DNA of 64,000 nucleotides from Kiritimatiellia bacterium (GTDB lineage Bacteria > Verrucomicrobiota > Kiritimatiellia > JAAZAB01): assembly GCA_040767085.1 (NCBI GenBank), contig JAXGPF010000011.1:128001-192000 (forward strand), written 5' to 3'. The position numbers and the translations under genes are program-made. The notes under the pieces were generated by a model. It was not told where the DNA came from, did not search any database, and worked only from the letters and a program-made list of their open reading frames with translations. This document shows, one piece after another, positions 49,378 through 58,675 of the stretch. Every line of letters begins with the position of its first letter. The first letter of the stretch is position 1.

Positions 49378-49840
49378 TGCTCTCACAAAGCTGCAAAGAA
49401 GTTGCGGATAACTTACCACGGACCCTTTTTTATCCACAGATTACGCAGATTTTCGGCCATAAAGAAGATGGGAATTGTTTACCACAGAGACGGATGAGCG
49501 GATGGAGGGATGAGCCATCCGCCTTCGCTCGGATGCTATGGCGGACACAGCCCGTTTTCGCTAAAGCTATGGCGGGCAAGCACAGGCATAGAAAAGAACG
49601 TAGATGTAATGGAATTGAATGGGATGTCGTGCTGTCCGCTATGCGGACAGGGATCGGCTGACACGCTGGTACACGAATCAATTCGGGTATCAGCGTGTCA
49701 ACCGATCCGTCAGACCGGCAGATGCCGGTCTGGCACGGTAATTGGCAATACATCTGATCATTTTGCGCATTTTGAATATTTCTGTATCTGTTTTAATTGT
49801 AAATTGAATAAATCTTTGTGCCTTCGTGTCTTTGTGTGAG
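49378..49840. repeat. Intergenic mosaic of short repeats and hairpins
   Basis: TTATCCACAGATTACGCAGATT, two GCTATGGCGG palindromes (49517-49580), three adjacent hairpins (49632-49732), CTTTGTGCCTTCGTGTCTTTGTGTGAG. Confidence 0.55.
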
Positions 49841-49985
49841 TATTTCTGGATTTGTTAATTTACGCCAATCTCCAATTTTCTTGAAGAATATTGCCGTTTT
49901 CAGGTGATAAATTATATCTATGGGATAATACCTGTCCCGCTTCAAGCGGGATGCGGTATACTGACCTCATCTCGGATTCAGGAAA

Positions 49986-50747
49986 ATGCTAAAGCACTAT
50001 AAGGTGGTCGGCTGCAACGTGTTGCGGCGCGAATTGAGCCGCTGCATCGCGCGTTCACCCCAGATTGTGGACCTGGTGATGCTGCCGCAGGGCTTGCATG
50101 ACCAGCCGGATATCCTCCGCCAGACGGTGCAGGAGGCGATTGACGAACCCCTGCGCCCGCGGCAGCGGCCGGGCCGGCCGCTGGGTTCGGCCAGCGCGGA
50201 TCGCCCTTATGACGCCATCCTGATCGGGTACGCCCTGTGCAGCAATGGCCTGGCCGGCATCACGGCCCGGGAATGCCCGGTGGTGATTCCCAAGGCGCAT
50301 GACTGCATTGCGCTGCTGCTGGGCTCGCGCCAGCGTTACCGTGAATATTTTGACAGCCATCCCGGCACCTACTGGTACAGCGCCGGCTGGATTGAAACCT
50401 GCCTGATGCCGGGCAAGGCGCGCCTGGATGCGGCCTTGCTCGAATATGCCAAAAAATACGGCGAAGATAACGCGGAATACCTGCTCCGGATGGAAGCCGA
50501 CTGGCTGAAGAATTACCAACGGGCCGCCTACATCGACAATCGATTTCCCAATGCCGAAGCGGAAAAAAGTTTTACGAAAAAGTGCGCGGATGAACTGGGC
50601 TGGGAATACGCGGAACTGGCCGGGGATTTGACCCTGCTGCAGAAGCTGGTGGACGGCATGTGGGATGAACGCGATTTCCTGATCGTGCCGCCCGGGCGCG
50701 TTTCCGCGGCCGACCCGGCCCATCCCGAGGTGTTGAAATTGGCCTGA
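49986..50747 (+). CDS. DUF1638 domain protein
   Basis: GCNVL, GLHDQP, IGYALCSNG, HDCIALLLGS, GTYWYSAGW. Confidence 0.85.
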   Translation: MLKHYKVVGCNVLRRELSRCIARSPQIVDLVMLPQGLHDQPDILRQTVQEAIDEPLRPRQRPGRPLGSASADRPYDAILIGYALCSNGLAGITARECPVVIPKAHDCIALLLGSRQRYREYFDSHPGTYWYSAGWIETCLMPGKARLDAALLEYAKKYGEDNAEYLLRMEADWLKNYQRAAYIDNRFPNAEAEKSFTKKCADELGWEYAELAGDLTLLQKLVDGMWDERDFLIVPPGRVSAADPAHPEVLKLA

Positions 50748-50795
50748 GCCGGAAGTCATTGTCAGCAAAATCAATAAATTGTTTAATGGTTGCTT

Positions 50796-51831
50796 ATGGA
50801 TCATCGTAATCTTTATCCGGCCCGCGCGGCCGCGGCCGCCTGCCTGACCATTCTGATCCGCCTGGCCGCGGCGGCCAATCCCGCCGATGCCACGCAATCT
50901 CCGCCGGCCACGCCCCTACCCCCGCACCTTCCGCCGCAGCAGATGACGGGAATTGGCATGTCGGCGGCGGGCAATGTGCAGCCTGCGCCGGAGGCCCGGA
51001 GCGCGGCGTCCCGCCGACCGCCCTGGATAACCTATTACTATACTTATGAACAACAGGCCGGGTTCGATCCGGACACCATCAATTTTCCTTATGACAAGGT
51101 GATCATGCATGACACCTTCCTGCAACTTGCCTTCCCGGTCTATCTACGGCCGGAATGGCGGGTTTTCAGCGGGGTGGACCTGCAATGGACGCAATTCGAT
51201 TTTCAGGGCGGGGGCGATCCGGAAAAATATTCCGAAACCAGGAACCTGTTCGCCTGCGGCGTGCCGATCCGGGTGTCGGCGTCTTTGCCGAAAGACTGGA
51301 CCGGCACGCTCATGGCTGCACCGGCGGTGTACAGCGATATGGAAGATGTGGACAGCGGCGCCTGGCGTTTTACTGGTCTGGCGTTGGGGGGGGTACCGCT
51401 GGTCGCCGCAGTTGAATTTATCAGCCGGCGTGGCTTACGGGCGGATCATGGGCCGCGAGATGCCGTTCCCGGTGGCCGGCCTGACGTGGGATCCGCGGCC
51501 GGATTGGCGGATCAACCTGATGTTTCCGAATCCGGGCGTCATTTACACGCCGACAGAGCGTCTGCGCTGCATGGCAATGATTACGCCTTCCGGGAACGAG
51601 TGGGATGTCCGCAAGGATTTCACGGGTAAAACCGGCGATTTTGACCTGCGTTTCAAGGGATTCCGGACCGGCTTGCGCCTGGAATATGAAATCACCAGGC
51701 GCCTCATCCTCCGCTGCGCCGGCGGGTTGGTATTCCACCGTCGTTACGAGTTGCGGGAAGACGGCGCAACCGTGGCCGAAGCCGATGTGGATGAAACCTG
51801 GTTCGCCCAGGTTGGGCTGGCGGTGCGCTGA
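50796..51831 (+). pseudogene. Outer membrane beta-barrel protein (DUF6268-like), frameshifted at a G8 tract
   Basis: Frame reads ..FTGLALGG, continues YRWSPQLNLSAGVAY..FPVAGLTW..LMFP in another frame; G8 at 51386-51393, G7 restores 344 aa. Confidence 0.75.
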
Positions 51832-51849
51832 TCCGTCTGGAACGTGTTT

Positions 51850-52806
51850 TCACGCATGGTTGCGGAGTTTCAGTTCCAGCGGATGCGGCTGCAGGTAATA
51901 TTGGGCCTGCAGGTAGTCCGACTGGCAGCGGCGCGCATGGTGCCGGAGCAGGGTGACGGGCACGATCAACGGCACCAGTCCCTGGTGGAATTGCTCGATG
52001 ACCTCCAACAACTCGCGCTTGTCCGGCTCCTCAAGTCTGGCGCGCAGGAATCCGTACATGTGCTGCAGGATGTTGGTGTGTTTCTTGACCGTTGCCAGGG
52101 TCTGCATGGCCTGCATTAACCGGGTTTCGTAAGCCGGGATGGCCGCCTGCGCGTCCCGCGCCCGCAAGCCGGCCAGCAACCGGCCGAGCCGGCGCATCCC
52201 GGTTTCGTTATGGGACATGATCAGCAACTTGTTCCGGGCGTGGAAATCCATGAGCGTTTGCAGCGTCGGCGCGGTCCGCAGCGCCTGGCGGAACCGGTGC
52301 AGAGTAAACACCCGCACAATGAAATTTTCGCGCAGGTCGGGGTCATGCAGCCGGCCTTCGTCAATCACCGGCAGGTTGGGGAAGCGCTGCACGAAAGCGC
52401 CGGCGAAGAGCCCCGGAGCCCGGCCGATGACGTCCCCCTTGTTGTTATAAACCTTTACTCCCTCCATGCCGCTGCTGGGCGAGCGCGATTTGAAGATGAA
52501 TCCGCATAAGTCCTCGCGTTCCAACGCGTTAATCCGGCCGGCGGACCAGGCAGCCATCCGCTCGGTGTGATCCAGGCCGGTTTTGACGGTCACCAGTCGC
52601 GGCGCGGCCGGATCACCGGTCAGGCGCATGGCCTCCCGGGGCACGGGCAGCCCGCATTCGACTTCCGGGCAGACGCCGACGTAATTAAAATACCGGCCCA
52701 GCGTATCGGTCAGGTACCGGTCGTGCTTGTGCTGCCCGTCATACCGCACCGGCTCACCCAGCAGGCAACGGCTGATGCCGATTTTGATTTTATGGTTCCT
52801 CCGCAT
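51850..52806 (-). CDS. YbgA family protein (DUF523 + DUF1722)
   Basis: GISRCLLGEPVRYDG, CPEVECGL..PRE, KSRSPSSG, FHARNK, HMYGF, YLQPHP.EL.LRNH. Confidence 0.92.
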   Translation of the reverse strand: MRRNHKIKIGISRCLLGEPVRYDGQHKHDRYLTDTLGRYFNYVGVCPEVECGLPVPREAMRLTGDPAAPRLVTVKTGLDHTERMAAWSAGRINALEREDLCGFIFKSRSPSSGMEGVKVYNNKGDVIGRAPGLFAGAFVQRFPNLPVIDEGRLHDPDLRENFIVRVFTLHRFRQALRTAPTLQTLMDFHARNKLLIMSHNETGMRRLGRLLAGLRARDAQAAIPAYETRLMQAMQTLATVKKHTNILQHMYGFLRARLEEPDKRELLEVIEQFHQGLVPLIVPVTLLRHHARRCQSDYLQAQYYLQPHPLELKLRNHA

Positions 52807-52889
52807 AATCTATGGGCGACAAATCCATTATAAAAGCTTTAATATGTTGCCGCAAAGCTTGTTACGACAATAGAGACACACATATGGCT

Positions 52890-53033
52890 TGGTATCCGAA
52901 CCACGGCTGCGTCATTCTAGGCGGCTCGCCCGGAGGTCTCGCCCTACCCACGACAAATGTCTAGGAAACGGTAGGGCTAGGTCTCCGTACCGAGCCGTTT
53001 GTTCTGAGAATGACGCAGCCCTGGTATCCGAAC
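52890..53033. repeat. REP doublet inside 14-bp inverted repeats and 12-bp direct repeats
   Basis: TGGTATCCGAAC at 52890 and 53022; GGCTGCGTCATTCT / AGAATGACGCAGCC; GCCCTACC...GGTAGGGC core. Confidence 0.7.
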
Positions 53034-53057
53034 GAAGACACCGCCGACCGACAGAAG

Positions 53058-53298
53058 ATTCACCACGGAGACACAGAGGCACAGAGAAGCACCGTCGCCA
53101 CCAGACTCCTCCCATCATCCAGCAGAGGCGTTGCGCGAATTTGGCACAGGGCGATCATTGTATCTAATCCATGCAGGCCAGGATGGCATGATCGCCCTGC
53201 GCTAAATTCGCGCAACACTCGTTCGGGGAGCGCACCAGAGCATGGCCTGCACCGCAACAGATCTTTCCTCTCCATGCCTCCGTGTCTCTGTGGTGAAT
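53058..53298. repeat. Nested inverted-repeat (MITE-like) element
   Basis: Outer 30-nt arms (4 mismatches) at 53058-53087 / 53269-53298; inner 29-nt arms (2 mismatches) at 53130-53158 / 53188-53216. Confidence 0.7.
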
Positions 53299-53350
53299 TC
53301 CCCATTCAATCCACATATTCTGGCGAAGAACCGATTTTATGCAGGGCAGG

Positions 53351-54316
53351 CTATTGGTCTTCAGCCAGGTTTTGGATGGCTTTTTGAAGCACGGCCGCCG
53401 AGGCCCGCAGGGCGGCCAGTTCGGGTTCGGCCAGCGGGCCTTCAATTACTTTCTTGACGCCTTCCCCGGCCACGATGCAGGGCACGCCCAGGCACACGCC
53501 GCGGATGCCGTATTCGCCATTCAGCATGGCGGACACGGAGAGCACGCTGTGCTGGTCCCGGAGCACGGCGCCGGCAATCCGCACGAGAGCCAGGCCCACG
53601 GCGTAATACGTGGCGCCCTTATACCCGATGATGTGGTAGGCCGAATCGCGGACTTCCTGCTCGATTTTTTTGCGTTCGGCGGCCCAATCGGCGCACCGGG
53701 CGCACACCGGGCAATAGACATCCAACGGCATGCCGGCGATGTTGGTCAAAGACCAGGCGACGCTCTCGCTGTCGCCATGCTCCCCCAGCACGTACCCGTG
53801 GACGTTGTGCGGATCCACACCGCAGTGGCGGCTTAAAATGTGGCGCAGCCGGGCGCTGTCCAGCACCGTGCCGGAGCCGATGATGCGTCCGGATTCCCAC
53901 CCGCTGGCCTGGATGGCCACGTAAGTCATGACGTCCACGGGGTTGGTCACCACCAGCAGGACGGCTTGGGAATGCTGCGCCTGAATTTCCCGCACGATGC
54001 CGCGGATGACCGCGGCATTCTTGCGCAGGAGCTGCAGCCGCGTCTCGCCCGGGCGCTGGGCCGCGCCCGCGGTAATGACGATCAATTGCGCATCCGCATA
54101 GTCGCCGGTCTCGCCCGGCCGGATGGACACGGTCGGGAAAAACGGCTGGCCATGCACCAGGTCCAGCGCCTGCCCGCGCGCCAGGTCGGTATTCCGGTCG
54201 AGCAGGACAATTTCATCGGCCAGCCCGCTTTGGGCGAGGGCGTAGCAGAACGTGGAGCCGACGGCGCCCGCGCCCACCACCGCCACTTTCCGGCGTTTTG
54301 TTCCAGAGATAGTCAT
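53351..54316 (-). CDS. ldh: L-lactate dehydrogenase
   Basis: VGAGAVG, ITAGAAQRPGETRL (Gln specificity residue), TNPVD, GSGTVLDSAR, GEHGDS, KGATYY. Confidence 0.95.
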   Translation of the reverse strand: MTISGTKRRKVAVVGAGAVGSTFCYALAQSGLADEIVLLDRNTDLARGQALDLVHGQPFFPTVSIRPGETGDYADAQLIVITAGAAQRPGETRLQLLRKNAAVIRGIVREIQAQHSQAVLLVVTNPVDVMTYVAIQASGWESGRIIGSGTVLDSARLRHILSRHCGVDPHNVHGYVLGEHGDSESVAWSLTNIAGMPLDVYCPVCARCADWAAERKKIEQEVRDSAYHIIGYKGATYYAVGLALVRIAGAVLRDQHSVLSVSAMLNGEYGIRGVCLGVPCIVAGEGVKKVIEGPLAEPELAALRASAAVLQKAIQNLAEDQ

Positions 54317-54388
54317 GGCATTTACTGCTTCAGGATGTTCAACTTGTTTCTACCATAGCCAGGGCGTTATGTCACGGCGGAATTAAGA

Positions 54389-55513
54389 TTACAACCGGAA
54401 TACGTGCGGGCAAGGATACAGGATGCGGCAGCCGGTGGCGGTCACCACCACGACATCTTCCACGCGCACCCCGCCGAGCTTGCGGTAATACAGGCCGGGC
54501 TCGACCGTCACCACCTGCCCGGCGCGCAGGCGGTTGTCCTGCAGGCCGATCCGCGGGGCTTCGTGGACTTCCAATCCCAGGCCATGGCCCACGCTGTGGA
54601 TAAATCCTTCCATCGCACCGGAATCCGTCCTGGTGGGAAATCCGGCCTTGGTCAAATAATCCAGAACCAGATCGTAAATCCGGCGCGCGGTCGCCCCTGC
54701 GCGGATATTGGCGATGGCCAGACTCTGCGCCCGGCGGACAGCCTGATACATCCTTGCCAGTGCGGGCGGCGGGTCGACTTTGACGACAGTCCGCGACAAA
54801 TCGCCCCAATAGCCATGCTCCAGGTGCCGGGGAAAAATATCGAGCACGATGCCCTGCCCGGCCAGGAGCGGGCCGGCGCCGGTTTCGTGCGGGTCCGCCG
54901 CCGCGCGGCCGCAGGCCACAATCGTGCCCCACCCCATGCAATCATGTTGCAACATGGAGGCATGGATCGCCTGTTTCAGACGTTCCGCGGTCAGAATCCC
55001 GGCGCGGTCGCGCAATTGCCCGCGGCTGTCAATTTCCGCCTTGCGGATTATGCCAATGGCGGTCTGCATGGCGGCCACCGCCGCGCGCTGGGATTCCCGG
55101 AGGCGGGCCAGTTCCGGCGCGCGCTTGATTTCCCGTTCTGGAAATACCGGCTCATCGCACACCGCGACGCGCATGCCGGCCGCGGCCAGGCGCTGCACGA
55201 TCCCGGCCGGGAAGTCGCCCGGCACCCGCACCGCGCGGATGTGCAGTCTGCGCAGCAGCCCCAGACACCAATCCGCCAGCGTGCGGGGCGGACGGCGGTT
55301 GAGCGGCAATTCCGCCGGTGTAAAGACCTGCAGGCGTCCGCGAAACAAGCGGCGTGCGCGTGCCGCTTCCATGCCGCCGACCACCAGGCAGCGCCGGCGG
55401 CCCGCCTTTAGAAACACCACCGGATCGCTCCCGGAAAACGGCGCGGCATAGAATAAATCGGCATTTTGCTGAGGAATTCCGGCCAATAAGACGGGGCTTG
55501 TTAATTTATTCAC
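54389..55513 (-). CDS. Xaa-Pro aminopeptidase (M24)
   Basis: DPH, LDIFP, YWGDLSRT, HSVGHGLGLEVHEAP, TVEPGLY, GGVRVED. Confidence 0.92.
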   Translation of the reverse strand: MNKLTSPVLLAGIPQQNADLFYAAPFSGSDPVVFLKAGRRRCLVVGGMEAARARRLFRGRLQVFTPAELPLNRRPPRTLADWCLGLLRRLHIRAVRVPGDFPAGIVQRLAAAGMRVAVCDEPVFPEREIKRAPELARLRESQRAAVAAMQTAIGIIRKAEIDSRGQLRDRAGILTAERLKQAIHASMLQHDCMGWGTIVACGRAAADPHETGAGPLLAGQGIVLDIFPRHLEHGYWGDLSRTVVKVDPPPALARMYQAVRRAQSLAIANIRAGATARRIYDLVLDYLTKAGFPTRTDSGAMEGFIHSVGHGLGLEVHEAPRIGLQDNRLRAGQVVTVEPGLYYRKLGGVRVEDVVVVTATGCRILYPCPHVFRL

Positions 55514-55886
55514 GATTTGTTACTGTTTTCAGGTGTTGAACGGCGCTGATTGCTCCGCCTTGTTGCATTTCCGGCCCTTTAAGCAGCAAAAAGCCTCCAG
55601 CGCGAAGCAATATAATTTAAGCGGATACCACCTACATATTGTTGCATAAATACTTGGAAACAACAACATTTGGTATAATGCGCTTTTTATGTTTTTTTTT
55701 CAAGCTTTTCACTTGCTATCCGGAGGCGTGGCGGTTATGCTCCGCCCTTGTTGGGCAAGGAGGAAGATGAGGCGGGCTGTTAATAACTTGTTAATTGGGT
55801 TAAATAAACAGCTTCTTTTTCGCATCAAATAGCTTACATATCGGCGTTTAAGGTTAACTGGGTTTTTTATCGGGGGCAACCGGAAC

Positions 55887-57281
55887 ATGGAATCGGCCGA
55901 ATCAATTTGGAAAAAAGCCTGCATCGAACTTAAAAATAAACTTCATGAGGATATATATTCCCGCTGGATCGCCGTTATTTCCGCCGGCCGGATAGAATCC
56001 GATACCATGGTGCTTTATGTAAGCAACGATATTTATCAATCATGGCTGGAGGAAAACTATCTCCCGGTCATCCGGGAAACCGTGGCGGAAGTCAACGGGG
56101 AAGCTTTCAACATAATCTTTGAAGTGCATCATAACGGCCGCCTGCCGCCGCCGGCGGAAGCGGTGCCGGCCGTCCCGTCCAAAAGCGGTCCGGCCGAGGT
56201 GCGGCGGCGTCTTGCGCCATCCGGCGGCGCCGGCGAGCTGGACGGAATATTAAATCCGAAATATTCCTTCAAGACTTTTGTCGTCGGGCCTTCGAATAAC
56301 TTTGCCCATGCTTCATCTTTGGCAGTGGCCCAGGCGCCCGGCAAAGCTTACAACCCGCTTTTCATTTACGGCGGCGTCGGCCTCGGCAAAACGCACTTGA
56401 TGCAGGCCATCGGCCACGAGGTCATGACCAATGCCCGCGGCCACATTCATTACCTTTCCTGCGAATCGCTGATGAATGAATATATAGAGGCCTTGCAGCA
56501 TCGCCGGATCAAGCAGTTCCGCGACAAATACCGCGGGACGGATCTTTTGATGATCGACGATATCCATTTCCTTTCCAAGACCGGCGCGCTGCAGGAGGAA
56601 TTTTTTCATACCTTCAACGTGCTATACGACGCCCACAAACAGATCGTCATGACCAGCGATCGGCCGATCGGCGAAATCTCCGGGTTGGAGCAGCGGCTGG
56701 TCTCGCGGTTCGAATGGGGCCTGGTCACCGAACTGATGCCCCCGGATTTCGAGACGCGCATGGCAATCCTGCGTTCCAAGCAGAAAACGTTGAATTTCAC
56801 AATCAACGAAGATGTCCTGCTGTTCATCGCCTCCAATATCAAGTCGAATATCCGCCGCCTGGAAGGCGCCTTGAACACGATCACTTCCTACGCATCGCTT
56901 TACAAGCGGCCGGTGACGATTGACGTGGCGGAGGATATTTTGAGCCGGTGCATCGACCGCGAGCATCGGAATCCCATCACCATCAACATGATTCAAAAGC
57001 AGGTGGCGGAATTTTTCGACATCCGCATGGCGGACATGACCAGCAAGCAGCGTTCGCAAAACGTCGCCCTGCCCCGCCAGATTGCAATGTTCCTTTGCCG
57101 GCGCATGACGAAATCATCGTTTCCGGAAATCGGCGCGGCCTTCGGCAAAACACACGCAACCGTGTTGCATGCGCACCGTTGCATCGAAAGGCGTTCCCTG
57201 AAAGACAAGCAGATCAACCAGGCCGTCGAAAGAATATCGCGCCAGTTGGAAGAATCCACCGCCGCCGGCGGTAAAACCTGA
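55887..57281 (+). CDS. dnaA: Chromosomal replication initiator DnaA
   Basis: YNPLFIYGGVGLGKTHL, IDDI, QEEFFHTFN, RLVSRFEWGL, NIRRLEGAL, PRQIAMFL. Confidence 0.98.
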   Translation: MESAESIWKKACIELKNKLHEDIYSRWIAVISAGRIESDTMVLYVSNDIYQSWLEENYLPVIRETVAEVNGEAFNIIFEVHHNGRLPPPAEAVPAVPSKSGPAEVRRRLAPSGGAGELDGILNPKYSFKTFVVGPSNNFAHASSLAVAQAPGKAYNPLFIYGGVGLGKTHLMQAIGHEVMTNARGHIHYLSCESLMNEYIEALQHRRIKQFRDKYRGTDLLMIDDIHFLSKTGALQEEFFHTFNVLYDAHKQIVMTSDRPIGEISGLEQRLVSRFEWGLVTELMPPDFETRMAILRSKQKTLNFTINEDVLLFIASNIKSNIRRLEGALNTITSYASLYKRPVTIDVAEDILSRCIDREHRNPITINMIQKQVAEFFDIRMADMTSKQRSQNVALPRQIAMFLCRRMTKSSFPEIGAAFGKTHATVLHAHRCIERRSLKDKQINQAVERISRQLEESTAAGGKT

Positions 57282-57539
57282 TGGCAGTTAATATCCCTGT
57301 TGAAAACCAAGTCAAAACCTTAAGATAAAATTGTTGAAAAAAACGATATTTGAATAACGGCGCAGTTCTTAAAATATTTACCAAACCGGATTAACATTCT
57401 GCTTGCAGTCCGGGCTGGTTCTACTGCCTTAACCCAAACATTTTATACTTGTCTTTAACATTATTAACACTCATTATAATAATAAAAATTAATTAAATAA
57501 ATATTAGACGGATCGTTCAACAAACAAACTGGAGCTTAA
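57282..57539 (+). other. Putative replication origin (oriC) unwinding region
   Basis: AT-rich dnaA-dnaN spacer, repeated TTWTNAACA-like 9-mers, tandem boxes at 57452-57469 followed by a TAA/ATA-rich run. Confidence 0.75.
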
Positions 57540-58637
57540 ATGAAATTCACAGTCGCAAAGGACGCATTTCTTAAAGGGCTGCAGATGGTTCAATCCATCA
57601 TCAGTTCCCATAACACCGCCGCCGTCTTGTACAACATCCTGCTGACGGCGGAAAACGGAACCTTAAAAATGGCGGCCACGGACCTGTCCGTCAGCCTCCA
57701 GTATTCGATTGACGGCGTGGATGTGAACGAGCCTGGCGCCACCACGCTGCATGCCCGCCGGCTGCTGGGGCTGATCCGGGAATTGCCGGGCGAAAAAGTG
57801 GAAATATCCGTTGACGACAAGCATACCGCGACCATTCAGGCAGGGTCTTCTAATTACAAGATTTACGGAATTCCGGCGGAAGAATTTCCGCCGATCAAGG
57901 TCAGCGAGACGGAAAAGGTTTTTTCGCTGGAGCAGGGCGCGTTTCGCGAAATGCTGAAAAAGACCGTCTATGCCGTTTCCACGGACGAAAGCCGCCAGGT
58001 TTTAAACGGCATCCTGATGACCGTTGCCGAGCAGAAATTAACGGTGGTGGCGACGGATGGAAGGCGCCTGGCGCTGGTCGAGCAGGAAATCGAAATTCCG
58101 GTGGATGTCCAGGCGAATGTGGTCATTCCCACCAAGACCGTCAACGAACTGGTCAAAGCGTTGGGCGACGAAGGGACGCTGAAAATCAAGGCCGTCACCG
58201 GGATGGTTTCGTTTGAAATTGATAATGTTGTCATCATCTCCAAGCTGATAGACGGCAATTATCCGAACTACCGGCAGGTCATTCCCGGACAATGCGAAGA
58301 AAAGATAACCCTGGAACGCGAGATATTTTTGGCGACCTTGCGGCGCGTTTCGCAACTGGCCAAGGAGAAAAACGTTCCAGTCCGGCTGACTTTCGATAAA
58401 AATCAGTTGCGTGTGTTCGCCAGCGTCCCGGATGTGGGCGAAGCGGACGAGACCATGCCGATCAAGTACAAGGGCAAGACAATCGCCATGGCATTCAACC
58501 CGGATTACCTTATGGATCCCCTGCGGAATCTTACCAGCGACGAGGTCAATATTGAGATGGTGGACGATTTAAGCCCCGCCGTCGTCAAATGCGACATTCC
58601 ATTCCTTTACGTGATTATGCCGCTGCGGTTGAGTTGA
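57540..58637 (+). CDS. dnaN: DNA polymerase III beta clamp
   Basis: ATDL, EEFP, STDESR..LNG, VATDGRRLA, LIDGNYPNY, AFNPDYL, YVIMPLR. Confidence 0.97.
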   Translation: MKFTVAKDAFLKGLQMVQSIISSHNTAAVLYNILLTAENGTLKMAATDLSVSLQYSIDGVDVNEPGATTLHARRLLGLIRELPGEKVEISVDDKHTATIQAGSSNYKIYGIPAEEFPPIKVSETEKVFSLEQGAFREMLKKTVYAVSTDESRQVLNGILMTVAEQKLTVVATDGRRLALVEQEIEIPVDVQANVVIPTKTVNELVKALGDEGTLKIKAVTGMVSFEIDNVVIISKLIDGNYPNYRQVIPGQCEEKITLEREIFLATLRRVSQLAKEKNVPVRLTFDKNQLRVFASVPDVGEADETMPIKYKGKTIAMAFNPDYLMDPLRNLTSDEVNIEMVDDLSPAVVKCDIPFLYVIMPLRLS

Positions 58638-58675
58638 AGCGATCCGGCGGCCGCGCGATATCCGGCGGGTATAAA

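Noticed and set aside
49430-49438. Canonical DnaA box TTATCCACA as an origin signal
   Set aside because: Single copy embedded in a CACAGATTACGCAGATT-type repeat, 6 kb from dnaA.
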